Shown in pieces: positions 41,078 through 51,116 of a DNA stretch of 64,000 bases. Each line of letters begins with the position of its first letter. Positions within the stretch are counted from its first letter, which is position 1. Source of the DNA: Pyrinomonadaceae bacterium (GTDB taxonomy: Bacteria > Acidobacteriota > Blastocatellia > Pyrinomonadales > Pyrinomonadaceae); contig JBKBYA010000002.1 in the NCBI GenBank assembly GCA_046313635.1, positions 96,001-160,000 of the forward strand, given 5' to 3'. The translations under genes and the position numbers were made by a program. The notes under the pieces are model-generated. The model was given only the letters and a program-made list of their open reading frames with translations, had not been told where the DNA came from and ran no database searches.

Positions 41078-42061
41078 CTATGTGCGGGCTTTGACGGAAG
41101 AATCTTTGAGGGCCATCAGCGCCGCGGCGTGCGCGGGCGGCATCTGCGGCTCGGTAAGGAAGGCCTTTGGCGCGACCGCGTGGATGGTCTCGGTCATCGG
41201 GCGCGTGATCAGCTCGCCGGCCTTGAAGATGCTGCCGACGCAGCCGATCGGGATCTTGCGGCGCGTGAGGTCAAGCTTTTTGATCACGGCGCAGGCGGCA
41301 ACGCCGAGCTCGCGGCCGGCATCGGCCAGTATGTCGATCGCGACCGCGTCGCCGTCGCGGGCGGCCTCGACGACGTGACGGGCAAATCCGGCAATTCGGC
41401 TGTTGTCGACCTGCGGCGAGTAGATCGCGACGATCAGGTTCTCGGGCGTCGACGCGCGAAAGTACTCCGACGCACGCTCGCTCAGCGACGTCGGCACGCC
41501 GCGGCCGTCCGACGCCTTTGCGATCTGGTGCAGCGCGGCCTGGGCGATGCCGACGCCGCCGCCCTCGTCGCCGGCAAGCGGCCCCCAGCCGCCCGAGATG
41601 GCGAGCTCGCCGGCGTCGTTCTTGCCGAGACAGACCGAACCGGTCCCGGCGATGACGACCAGACCGGCCTTGCCGAGCGTCGTGCCGAAGAGAGCGATCT
41701 CGGCGTCGGTAACCACCGTCGTCCTGCGGACGCCGAGACGCCGGACAAAACTCTCACGGACCCGCTCTCGAATGTCCTGCCGGCGGACCCCGGCGAGTCC
41801 CAGCGTGGCCGCGACAAAATCGAACCTTGCGATGTCGCACTCGTCGCAGGCGAGCTCGATGGCTTTGGCAATATTTGAGACGGCGGTCTCGACTCCGACG
41901 CGGAGCGGATTTGAAGGGCCGGCCGTGCCCTCGGCGATGACCTCGCGAGCGGCGTTCATCAGGCAGGCGGTAGTCTTTGTGCCGCCGCCGTCGACGCCCA
42001 GATAAACGAATGGCATTCGGCGGCGGTCGCGGAGCTTCTTGTTGCCGTTGGCAGAAGACAT
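41078..42061 (-). CDS. BadF/BadG/BcrA/BcrD-type sugar kinase (MurK-like MurNAc/GlcNAc kinase)
   Basis: GVDGGGTKT, IAGTGS, GGWG...GDEGG; genomic context. Confidence 0.88.
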   Translation of the reverse strand: MSSANGNKKLRDRRRMPFVYLGVDGGGTKTTACLMNAAREVIAEGTAGPSNPLRVGVETAVSNIAKAIELACDECDIARFDFVAATLGLAGVRRQDIRERVRESFVRRLGVRRTTVVTDAEIALFGTTLGKAGLVVIAGTGSVCLGKNDAGELAISGGWGPLAGDEGGGVGIAQAALHQIAKASDGRGVPTSLSERASEYFRASTPENLIVAIYSPQVDNSRIAGFARHVVEAARDGDAVAIDILADAGRELGVAACAVIKKLDLTRRKIPIGCVGSIFKAGELITRPMTETIHAVAPKAFLTEPQMPPAHAAALMALKDSSVKART

Positions 42062-42195
42062 ATCGACGCTGAAAGCGACTCAAAACCATTCTTGAATACA
42101 CTTGACATATAATCAAATTTACTAGATTTTATGTTGTCAATAAGGCATCGTGATACGCATAAGCCGATCCGCACTTTCCGATCAAGCAAGCTTAT

Positions 42196-43113
42196 ATGGA
42201 GATCAGACAACTTAAGGCCTTTGTAGCGATCGCCGAGGCAAAGACGTTCACCGCCGGAGCTCGGCAGGTGAACGTTACGCAAGCGGCGATCTCGATGCAG
42301 ATCCGGCAGCTCGAGGACGAGCTCGGCGTGCCGATCTTTACACGCACACCGCGCCGGGTGATCTTGACCGAGGCGGGCGAACGGCTGCTCGAGCGGGCTC
42401 GCAGCATCCTCCGCGAGCACGATACGGCGCTTGAAGAGATCGCCGAACTCGCCGGCGCGCATTACGGCCGTCTGCGGATCGGTTCGGCGTCGGCGATGTT
42501 CACGACGCAGCAGCTGCCCTCGATCATGCGGAGGCTGCGCGAGCGCTTTCCGAATTCCGAGCTGAGCGTCACGTCGGCAACGAGTGAGAAGCTGGTCGAC
42601 AAGATCATGCACGGCGAAACGGACGTCGCATTCGTGTCGCTGCCGGTCGAGAATTCGAATATCACGACCGACCGCCTCTATACCGACGAGATCGTCGCGA
42701 TCGCGCATCCGTCGCACCCGCTTGCGAAAGAAAAGTTCATCAGCCCGGCGACGCTTGCCGGCGAAAAGCTCATCCTCGGCGAACGCGGCGGCAACACGCG
42801 GCGAATGATCGACGAGTTCTTTGCCGCGGCGAACGTGCGGCCCAACGTCGTGATGGAGCTCTCGCGTCAGGAGGCGATCAATCAAATGGTCGAGGCCAAC
42901 ATGGGCGTCGGCATTGCCGGAGCCAAGGCGGTCGCGCAGGAGATCCGCGAAGGCAAGCTCGTCTCGTGGCTGATCGAGGGAGCCGAGATCCAATGGGAGC
43001 TCGGTCTCGCGAGACTGCGAGGCGGCTATCATTCGCCGATCGCGAAAGAGTTTGTGAAGCTCTGTAAGGAGAGCTTCGTCGAGCGCGAAAAGGAATTGAA
43101 GGCTAAGAAGTAG
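42196..43113 (+). CDS. LysR-family regulator
   Basis: N-terminal HTH (FT..A...VTQ.AIS.QIRQLEDELG); divergent from the kinase gene across an AT-rich spacer. Confidence 0.95.
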   Translation: MEIRQLKAFVAIAEAKTFTAGARQVNVTQAAISMQIRQLEDELGVPIFTRTPRRVILTEAGERLLERARSILREHDTALEEIAELAGAHYGRLRIGSASAMFTTQQLPSIMRRLRERFPNSELSVTSATSEKLVDKIMHGETDVAFVSLPVENSNITTDRLYTDEIVAIAHPSHPLAKEKFISPATLAGEKLILGERGGNTRRMIDEFFAAANVRPNVVMELSRQEAINQMVEANMGVGIAGAKAVAQEIREGKLVSWLIEGAEIQWELGLARLRGGYHSPIAKEFVKLCKESFVEREKELKAKK

Positions 43114-43114
43114 A

Positions 43115-43243
43115 TCCCGCAAAGACGCAAAGGGGCAAAGAACAAGCGACGTTATGCACACCTCTCTTCGGCATTTTGCCGCAGCCGACAATATTTTTAA
43201 GGACTACTTTTTCCAGACTCTGCGTCTTTGCGTCTTCGCGGGA
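43115..43243. repeat. Inverted octamer (cgcaaaga) repeat arms
   Basis: 43115-43140 and 43218-43243 are 22/26 reverse-complement identical. Confidence 0.8.
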
Positions 43244-45886
43244 ATTTTCTGTTTCCTTACAAACGCTCAGGGCCTGCCGCTCGCGGCTCCGCAGTCGGTC
43301 GGGTTGAATGCGGCGAAGCTCGCGCAGATCGACGCGCTTGTCGAGCAGGACATCAAGGACAAAAAGCTCCCCGGCGCGGTCGTGCTCGTCGGGCATCGAG
43401 GCAAGATCGTTTTTCGAAAGGCCTACGGCAATCGCTCGCTCGTCCCGACGGTCGAAAAGATGACGGTCGATACGATCTTTGACGTCGCCTCGCTCACCAA
43501 ACCGGTCGCTACAGCAACGTCGATAATGATCCTCATCGAGCAAGGCAAGCTTCGGCTCAACGACACGGTCGGCAAATTCATCCCCGAGATCGAAGACGAA
43601 CAAGCCAAACGCGTCACGATTCAACAACTGCTTACGCACACATCCGGCTATCGACCCGATTTCGACCTCGGCGAAAAATGGACCGGCCGTGAAGGCATGC
43701 TCGCGGCGTTGAAGAAGGAGAAGCTTCGTAACCCGTCGGGGACGAGATTTGTTTATTCGGATATCGGCTTCATTGTGTTGGGGGAAATTGTTCAGCGCAT
43801 CTCCGGGTATTCTGTTTTCGAATTTGCAGAAGTTGAATTGTTCGATCCCATGTTTGATCGTCGGTCGTTCTTTCACGTCTTTCGACCCCAAGTTTTCGAC
43901 AACTGGGTGTCAGTGCCAGGAGGCGTGGTCGTTGACTCACGATCTGATATTCAAGATATCGCGCCAACTGAGAATATTCGCGGCCAGAACAGTTATCTCG
44001 GATCTAAGTACGAAGGGAGTGAGAAAGCCGGTGACGTTATTCTTCGCGGCGCCGTTCACGATCCAACAGCGTATCGAATGGGCGGCGTGGCCGGTCATGC
44101 GGGGCTCTTCTCAACCGCCGACGACCTCGCACGCTACTGTCAGATGCTTCTGAACGGCGGTGTCGCTCCAGGCAGAGACCCGAGCGGTAGCGAGGGTGTG
44201 ACAAATGCGACACGCGGAGTGCGGAATGCGGAATCGAATCCGCAATCTAAAATCCGAAATCCGAAATCCAAAATCGCGAACACCCTCCCTACCGGTCGGG
44301 TTTCCGCCTCCGGTTCTCGCCGGATCTTGTCTGCTCAGACCGTCGCGCTGATGACGCGGCCGTATGTTGTGTCGGAGACCGGCGAGACGCGCGGGCTTGG
44401 GTGGGACATCAACACTTCGTTCTCGCAGAATCGCGGGGAGTTGTTTCCGCTCGGGTCGTTCGGTCACACGGGTTTTACCGGCACGGGCATCTGGATCGAT
44501 CCCGTTTCGCAGACGTTCGTCGTCTTCTTGTCGAACCGCGTTCATCCGGACGGCAAGGGCGACGTGACGCCGCTGCGGGCAAAGGTCTCGACCGTCGTCG
44601 CTTCGGCGATCGAGGATACGCCGATCGAAAAATACCGCGAGGCCGAGGCCCGCTACTACGCAGCCGTCGCCGCGCAGCTCCCGGCCTTTGTCGAGAGGAA
44701 AAAACAGCTGACAGCTAACAGCTATCAGCTGTCAGCTAATGCCAAGAACGTCACCGTCCTCAACGGCACCGACGTTCTCGAGAAGAACGGCTTCAAAGAG
44801 CTTCAGGGACTCAAGGTCGGTCTCGTCACAAATCACACCGGCCGCAATCTGACCGGGAAGTCGACCATCGACATTTTGCACGAGGCTAAGAATCTGAAGC
44901 TCGTCGCGCTCTTCGCGCCCGAGCACGGCATTCGCGGCGAGCTCGATACCGAGAGGATCGACGACACGAAGGACGAAAAGACCGGGCTGACCGTTTATTC
45001 GCTCTACAAGGACGGAATGCGGCGGCCAAAGCCCGAGCAGCTCGCCGGCTTGGATGCGATCGTCTACGACATCCAGGACATCGGCACGCGCTTTTACACG
45101 TACACCGCGACCTTGCGCAACGTGATGGAAGAAGCGGCGAAAGCGAAGATCCCGGTCTTCGTCCTCGACCGTCCCAATCCGATCAACGGCGTCACGATCG
45201 AAGGCCCGCTTGCCGAAGAGGACAAACTCTCCTTCATCGCCGCTCACACCATCCCCGTCCGCTACGGTCTTACGATCGGCGAGTTGGGGCAGATGATGAA
45301 CGCCGAGCGAAAGATCGGCGCCGACCTCCGCGTCGTGAAGATGGAAGGCTGGTCTCGCTCGATGTGGTTCGACGAGACAGGGCAGACGTGGATCAACCCT
45401 TCGCCGAATATGCGCTCGCTCACCGAAGCGACCCTCTATCCCGGCATCGGTCTGCTCGAGACGACAAACCTGAGCGTCGGCCGCGGGACCGACACGCCCT
45501 TTGAGGTCGTTGGGGCGCCGTGGATCGACGGGCGAAGGCTCGCGGCCCATCTCAACGAACGCGGGCTGAGCGGCGTGCGATTCGTGCCCGTTAGGTTCAA
45601 GCCCAAAGCTTCGGTCTTTAAGGACGAAGATCTCGGCGGGATCAACATCGTCATCACCGACCGCTCACGATTCGACTCGGTCCGCACCGGCATCGAGATC
45701 GCCACCGCGCTCCGCAGTCTTTACCCGAACGAATGGCAGGCCGACAAGTATCTGAGGCTGCTCGTTAACGCCCGGGTGCTCGAGGCCGTCAAGCGCGGAG
45801 ACACGGCCGAAGCGATCGAAAAGATCTGGCAAAATGACCTCGACGAGTTCAGGCGGCGCAGGGCACCATTCTTGCTTTACCGCTGA
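43154..45886 (+). CDS. Fusion of serine hydrolase (beta-lactamase/AmiE-like) and NamZ (DUF1343) exo-beta-N-acetylmuramidase
   Basis: ASLTK (SxxK), YSD, GHTGFTG; then GLVTNHTG, APEHG, DIQDIGTRFYTY, DRPNP, SPNM. Confidence 0.9.
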   Translation: MHTSLRHFAAADNIFKDYFFQTLRLCVFAGIFCFLTNAQGLPLAAPQSVGLNAAKLAQIDALVEQDIKDKKLPGAVVLVGHRGKIVFRKAYGNRSLVPTVEKMTVDTIFDVASLTKPVATATSIMILIEQGKLRLNDTVGKFIPEIEDEQAKRVTIQQLLTHTSGYRPDFDLGEKWTGREGMLAALKKEKLRNPSGTRFVYSDIGFIVLGEIVQRISGYSVFEFAEVELFDPMFDRRSFFHVFRPQVFDNWVSVPGGVVVDSRSDIQDIAPTENIRGQNSYLGSKYEGSEKAGDVILRGAVHDPTAYRMGGVAGHAGLFSTADDLARYCQMLLNGGVAPGRDPSGSEGVTNATRGVRNAESNPQSKIRNPKSKIANTLPTGRVSASGSRRILSAQTVALMTRPYVVSETGETRGLGWDINTSFSQNRGELFPLGSFGHTGFTGTGIWIDPVSQTFVVFLSNRVHPDGKGDVTPLRAKVSTVVASAIEDTPIEKYREAEARYYAAVAAQLPAFVERKKQLTANSYQLSANAKNVTVLNGTDVLEKNGFKELQGLKVGLVTNHTGRNLTGKSTIDILHEAKNLKLVALFAPEHGIRGELDTERIDDTKDEKTGLTVYSLYKDGMRRPKPEQLAGLDAIVYDIQDIGTRFYTYTATLRNVMEEAAKAKIPVFVLDRPNPINGVTIEGPLAEEDKLSFIAAHTIPVRYGLTIGELGQMMNAERKIGADLRVVKMEGWSRSMWFDETGQTWINPSPNMRSLTEATLYPGIGLLETTNLSVGRGTDTPFEVVGAPWIDGRRLAAHLNERGLSGVRFVPVRFKPKASVFKDEDLGGINIVITDRSRFDSVRTGIEIATALRSLYPNEWQADKYLRLLVNARVLEAVKRGDTAEAIEKIWQNDLDEFRRRRAPFLLYR
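44171..44308. repeat. 138-bp palindromic element inserted in frame in the CDS
   Basis: 29-bp arms, 25/29 complementary, enclosing aatccga-type heptamer repeats. Confidence 0.85.
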
Positions 45887-46083
45887 GCAGTCGCAGCTTT
45901 TTCAGCAGCCCAAATTTTAGACACACTTTAAAACCCTTTGCGATAGAGAGGTTCGCGGCCCGCAGGCTGCCGTCGTACGGGTTGTGCGATAACGAAATTT
46001 TGAATAGAATTCCGAAAACCTAAATTATCCTTATGGATTTCGGAACCAGTTCCGCAGACATTTACGAAAGAGGAAGGAAGATT

Positions 46084-49000
46084 ATGAGCAAAAAGACGTG
46101 GACTTCGATCCTGCTGGCTCTTGCGATCACGGCCCTGTTTACGGTCGCCGCCGCCGCTCAGGAAGTCACGGGTTCGATCGTCGGCACCGTTCGCGACGCT
46201 TCAGGCGCGGCCGTGCCCGGGGCAACCGTCACTGTCTCGATACCGAGTCAGAACGACACCGTCATCCGCACCGTCACGACCAGTGACGACGGGAATTTTT
46301 CGATACCGAATCTGCCGATCAACACCTACTCGGTCACGGTCGAGGCGACCAACTTCAAAAAGAAGATCACGACCGACGTCAAGATAGACGTCGGCCAGCG
46401 TCGTCCCGTCGACATCGTCCTTGAGGCCGGCAATATCTCAGAGACCGTCACCGTGCAGGCCGACCGCGTCGCGGTCGAGACGACGACGCCGACCGCTTCG
46501 ACGACGATCAACGGCGACCAGGTGCGCGAGCTTTCGATCAATAACCGAAACTTTGTACAGCTCGTCACGCTCGCTCCGGGCGTGTCGAACGACCTCTCGG
46601 ATCAGGTCTACGTCGGGACGACGAATCCCGAGGGCCAGGCAAACATCGTTCAGATCTCGGTAAACGGGGCCCGCTCGAGCCAGAACACCTTCACGGTCGA
46701 CGGCGCCGACATCACCGACCGCGGATCAAACCTCACCATCCAGGCGTACCCGAGCGTTGACTCGATCGGCGAATTCAAGGTGCTGCGTTCGCTCTACCCG
46801 GCCGAGTCCGGCCGCAGCGGCGGGGGCCAGGTCAACATCGTGACGCGCAGCGGAACGGGCCGCTTCAGCGGAAACGTCTATTACTTTTTCCGCAACGAGA
46901 GCCTGAACGCGAACGACCCGCTGACCAATTCGACCCCGGCGCTTCGCAACACGCTGGGCGTCGACCCGGATACCGACAAGGTCAAGCGCCGCCCCTTCCG
47001 TTATAAGAATTACGGCTGGACCCTCGGCGGACCGGTCTACTTCCTCAAGTTTGGCGAGCGCGACGCCGACGACGGCTACTTTGGCCGCTGGAGCCGCACG
47101 TTCTTTTTCTTTTCGCAGGAGTGGCGCGACGACAAGCGGTTTCCGACACTCGTTTCCACGGTGCCGAATGCGCTGCAGCGCGCTGGCCAGTTCACAGTGC
47201 CGATCTGTCTGCAGGCCTCCGGCACGACGTGCACATCGGTCCTGCCGGGTTCGACGACCACGCCGGGACAGTTGACCAATATCAATCCGGTCGCCGCACA
47301 GTATCTGCAGTACATCTACAACAATCTTCCTTTGCCGAATAACGGCGTCAACGGCCTCAACTATCCGACCGAGGCGATCGCCGAGTTTCGTCAGGAGGTG
47401 CTGAAGATCGATCATTCGTTCAGCGACAAGCTGGGCGGCTACTACAGGTATCAGCGTGACAGCATCCCGACGATCGACGCCAACTCGCTCTTCTCGTCCG
47501 GTTCGGGGCTGCCTGGCGTGTCGACGACGTCGACAAACTCGCCGGGTCGCACGCACACGCTGCAGGGCGTGTACACGCCGTCGTCGAATTTGATCATCGA
47601 GGGCCGATATACCTTTGGCTACGGTGCGATCCTGAGTCAGAACATCGGGCTGCTCGCTCTTGCGCGATCGCCCATCCAGCCGCCGCTGGCGTATCAGGTA
47701 CAGCGCGACCGCGTGCCGACCATCAGCGGCAACGGCTTCAGCGCGCTGCAGGGGTTTGGTCCGTACAACAACTTCTCATGGAAGAGCAATACGTCGGGCA
47801 GCGTGACCTACATATTCGGAAATCACACGACGAAGTACGGCGTGATGTATTCGAAGTACCGCAAGAACGAGAACGCTCTGGCAGGCAACAACGAGGGCAT
47901 CTTCAGCGGATTCAACACACCCGGCACGGGCGTGACGACAAACGTCATCGCTCCCGGCGGCAACGCGACGCAGCAGCTGTGGGCCAACTTCCTGATGGGC
48001 ACGAACGTGTCGTTTACTCAGGCGAGCTTTGACTACACGGCCGACCTGCGGCAAAAGACCTTTGAGGCCTACGCACAGGACGAGTGGAAGATACGCTCTA
48101 ACCTGACGCTGTACGCGGGCGTCCGTTATTCATTTTTCGGTTCGCCTTACGATCGCAACGGCCGCCTCACGAATTTCGTTCCCCAGCTTTGGAGCGCGGC
48201 CGCCGCGCCGCTCGTTACCGGTGCCGGCAATCGCGTCACCGGCACGGGTAACTTCTGCAACGGCCTGATCGTCAATGCACAGAACTCGGTTGCCTTTCCG
48301 AACTGCACGCCGACGCAGTCGCCGTATGGAAAGTTCGTCGTCGACGCGCCGAAGAATGACTTTGCTCCGCGTGTCGGTCTCGCGTGGGACCCCTTTGGCG
48401 ACGGCCGCACCGCGATCCGCACCGGATACGGCATCTACCACGAGCAGATCCTGAACGGCGTCTTTCTGCAGCACATCGGGACCAACCCGCCCTTCCAGCA
48501 GACATGTGCGGTGACGGGCGTGCGTCTCGACAATCCGGTACCTGCCGGCTGCGCGGTCCAGGCGGTGGCGACCGTGCCGAATATCAGGTCGGTGCAGTCC
48601 GATTGGCAGACGCCGTATATGCAGCACTGGTCACTCGACGTCCAGCGGCAGCTGACAAGCAAGACGATCGTCACGGCGGGCTACTTTGGCTCGAAGGGCA
48701 CCAATCTGATCGGCGGATTTGAGATGAACCTGCTGCGTCCGGGGCAGGCCCTCAACTCGATGTGCGCGGTCGGTGCGTCGACGACGCCTACGGCCCCGTG
48801 CCAGCTGCCCAACCAGGCGTTCTTTACCGCGGCTCAGGAGGCGATCCTCGATCAGATCCGTCCGTATCGAGGTTACCGTTCGATCACGATGATCCAGCCG
48901 CGATACAACTCGAACTACCACAGCCTGCAGGTCTCGGGCCAGCACCGCTTTTCGGGAGCGTCGCAGGTCAACCTTGCGTACACGTGGGCCAAGAACCTGA

Positions 49001-49686
49001 CCGACAACCCGAATGACCGCAGCGCGGCCCCGCAGAACTCGTTCGACATCCCGTCCGAGAAGGCGCGTGCCGCTCTCGATCGCCGTCACATCCTGACGAT
49101 CAACTACATTTACGAGATCCCGTTCTTTAACAAGCAGCAGGATCTCCTCGGCAAGGTGCTCGGCGGGTGGCAGGCCTCGGGTATCGTGACGTATCAGACG
49201 GGACTGCCCTTCACGGCGACCGTGTCGGGTTACGATCCGGCCGGCTTGGGACTGATTCCGCCGCCGCTGACGGTCGCTCGTCCGCGGCTGCTGTGCGACC
49301 CGAACCAGGGCGGTGCGCGCACGCCGCAGCAGTGGTTCAATACGTCGTGCTTCGCGATCACGCCGATCAGCAATACCGATCCGAACTATCCGATCATCAA
49401 TGCTCCCGGCAACTCGCCGCGCGGTGTGATATTTGGCCCGCCGACCAAGCGTGTCGACTTTACGCTGACCAAGAACATTCGCTTTGGCGAGCACTACAGG
49501 CTGCAGCTCAGGGGCGAGGCTTTCAACGTCTTTAACTGGACCAATCCCCGCGGCCTCAGCACGTTGGTCTGGAGTGCGACGACCCAGCCGGTATCGCAGG
49601 GCGGCAACGGCAGCTCGACCTTTGGTCAGGTGACGAGCTACCGCGATCCGCGCATCCTGCAGCTCGGCGCCAAGTTCTACTTCTAG
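46084..49686 (+). CDS. Oar-like TonB-dependent receptor with N-terminal carboxypeptidase-regulatory-like domain
   Basis: G.VRD.SGA.VPGATV, NRNF.QL..LAPGV, AYAQDEWK, APRVGLAWD, C-terminal PRILQLGAKFYF. Confidence 0.93.
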   Translation: MSKKTWTSILLALAITALFTVAAAAQEVTGSIVGTVRDASGAAVPGATVTVSIPSQNDTVIRTVTTSDDGNFSIPNLPINTYSVTVEATNFKKKITTDVKIDVGQRRPVDIVLEAGNISETVTVQADRVAVETTTPTASTTINGDQVRELSINNRNFVQLVTLAPGVSNDLSDQVYVGTTNPEGQANIVQISVNGARSSQNTFTVDGADITDRGSNLTIQAYPSVDSIGEFKVLRSLYPAESGRSGGGQVNIVTRSGTGRFSGNVYYFFRNESLNANDPLTNSTPALRNTLGVDPDTDKVKRRPFRYKNYGWTLGGPVYFLKFGERDADDGYFGRWSRTFFFFSQEWRDDKRFPTLVSTVPNALQRAGQFTVPICLQASGTTCTSVLPGSTTTPGQLTNINPVAAQYLQYIYNNLPLPNNGVNGLNYPTEAIAEFRQEVLKIDHSFSDKLGGYYRYQRDSIPTIDANSLFSSGSGLPGVSTTSTNSPGRTHTLQGVYTPSSNLIIEGRYTFGYGAILSQNIGLLALARSPIQPPLAYQVQRDRVPTISGNGFSALQGFGPYNNFSWKSNTSGSVTYIFGNHTTKYGVMYSKYRKNENALAGNNEGIFSGFNTPGTGVTTNVIAPGGNATQQLWANFLMGTNVSFTQASFDYTADLRQKTFEAYAQDEWKIRSNLTLYAGVRYSFFGSPYDRNGRLTNFVPQLWSAAAAPLVTGAGNRVTGTGNFCNGLIVNAQNSVAFPNCTPTQSPYGKFVVDAPKNDFAPRVGLAWDPFGDGRTAIRTGYGIYHEQILNGVFLQHIGTNPPFQQTCAVTGVRLDNPVPAGCAVQAVATVPNIRSVQSDWQTPYMQHWSLDVQRQLTSKTIVTAGYFGSKGTNLIGGFEMNLLRPGQALNSMCAVGASTTPTAPCQLPNQAFFTAAQEAILDQIRPYRGYRSITMIQPRYNSNYHSLQVSGQHRFSGASQVNLAYTWAKNLTDNPNDRSAAPQNSFDIPSEKARAALDRRHILTINYIYEIPFFNKQQDLLGKVLGGWQASGIVTYQTGLPFTATVSGYDPAGLGLIPPPLTVARPRLLCDPNQGGARTPQQWFNTSCFAITPISNTDPNYPIINAPGNSPRGVIFGPPTKRVDFTLTKNIRFGEHYRLQLRGEAFNVFNWTNPRGLSTLVWSATTQPVSQGGNGSSTFGQVTSYRDPRILQLGAKFYF

Positions 49687-49710
49687 GCCCGTGCCGCTGT
49701 AAACCCGTGC

Positions 49711-49749
49711 CCCGCGTTTCGCCTCGTGCGAAACGCGGGCATTTTTTTT
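49711..49749 (+). terminator. Intrinsic terminator
   Basis: cccgcgtttcgc/gcgaaacgcggg stem plus T8. Confidence 0.85.
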
Positions 49750-49777
49750 GCGGTTGGAGGTATGGAACAATCACGGC

Positions 49778-50917
49778 ATGGCTGAACTGACGATCAGAAC
49801 TCGCGCCGAGGACGCCGGAGTCGTCGACATGGCCATTGACGGCAGCGTGATCGCCGAAGTCGCAGCACGTGAAAGGTCGGCTGCCGCCGAGCGTGTGATC
49901 GATGCACAGGCTTTCTCGGTCCTTCCCGGCTTTATCGACATTCATAACCACGGCGCGGTCGGCGTGGACGTCAACACGGCAGACGCTGAAGGTCTGCTGA
50001 GGATCTCACGATTCCTTGCCTCGCAGGGCGTCACGGCGTGGCTGCCGACGCTTGTGCCGGATGCCGACGTGGTTTACGAGCGCGTCGTCGCGGCGATCGA
50101 CGAAGTGATGGAGCGGCAGGATGATCTGCCTGTCGCGCAGATCGTCGGCGTGCATTACGAGGGCGTCTTTGCCAACGAAAAGATGTGCGGGGCTCTGCGG
50201 CCGCAGTTCTTCAAGAGATTTACGGGCGGGGAGGTCGCCGGGCTGCCGCGGCCGAGATCGGGCGTTCGTATGACGACATTCGCACCCGAGATCGATAGCG
50301 GCGTCGAGCTCGTGAGGGAACTTGTGCGCGAGGGCTGGATCGCCTCGATCGGCCATACGCATGCCGACGTCGCGACGCTCGAGGCGGCGTTTGAAGCAGG
50401 TGCCCGCCACCTGACGCATTTCTTTAACGCGATGACCGGTATTCATCATCGCGACGTCGGCGTCGCGGGCTGGGGACTGACGCGGCCGGGCGTGACCTTT
50501 GACATCATCGCGGACGGCGTTCATGTCGATATGAGGATGGTCGAATTCGCCTGCCGCACACGCGGCGTCGAGAGTGTCTCTTTGATCAGCGACTCGGTCG
50601 CGCCGACAGGTTTGGGCGACGGCGAATTTGAATTGTGGGGCGAGAGGCTCTCGGTCGTCCGCGGCCGCACGCGCAACGAGCGCGGCAGCATTGCCGGCTC
50701 GGTCGCGACGATGCTCGACTGCGTTGCGAATATGATGAAGCTCGGCTTCTCAGGCGAGGAGATCGCCGCGATGGCGTCGGCAAATCCCGCACGCCTGCTC
50801 GGCGTCGACGACTCGCGCGGCACGATCGAGCCGGACAAGCGGGCCGATCTCGTCGCGATCGATCGAGACGGCAATATCGCATGGACGATGATCGGCGGGC
50901 GTCTGGTCGGAGAGTGA
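49778..50917 (+). CDS. nagA: N-acetylglucosamine-6-phosphate deacetylase
   Basis: PGFIDIHNHG, HYEG, GHT, THFFNAM, DGVH, ISD, IAGS. Confidence 0.94.
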   Translation: MAELTIRTRAEDAGVVDMAIDGSVIAEVAARERSAAAERVIDAQAFSVLPGFIDIHNHGAVGVDVNTADAEGLLRISRFLASQGVTAWLPTLVPDADVVYERVVAAIDEVMERQDDLPVAQIVGVHYEGVFANEKMCGALRPQFFKRFTGGEVAGLPRPRSGVRMTTFAPEIDSGVELVRELVREGWIASIGHTHADVATLEAAFEAGARHLTHFFNAMTGIHHRDVGVAGWGLTRPGVTFDIIADGVHVDMRMVEFACRTRGVESVSLISDSVAPTGLGDGEFELWGERLSVVRGRTRNERGSIAGSVATMLDCVANMMKLGFSGEEIAAMASANPARLLGVDDSRGTIEPDKRADLVAIDRDGNIAWTMIGGRLVGE

Positions 50918-50920
50918 GTA

Positions 50921-51016
50921 TTTTGCCGCGGATCTCGCGAATGGCGCGGATCAGAAGATATGAATTCCTGCTCCCGCGTTGCCTGATCCGCATCATCCGC
51001 GCCATCCGCGGCAAAA
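50921..51016. repeat. Gene-less GCGGAT-type inverted repeat element (MITE/REP-like)
   Basis: 34-bp arms ttttgccgcggat...gcggatcag and ctgatccgc...atccgcggcaaaa with a 28-bp spacer. Confidence 0.8.
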
Positions 51017-51116
51017 GACCCCTTTCGTATCTGAGCTCCACCATGCTCGCAGTTCTGTAAAGAATTGTAAGCCCCGATATTTGCCCGCGATTTTGACGTA
51101 AAATCAATTTTCGCGA

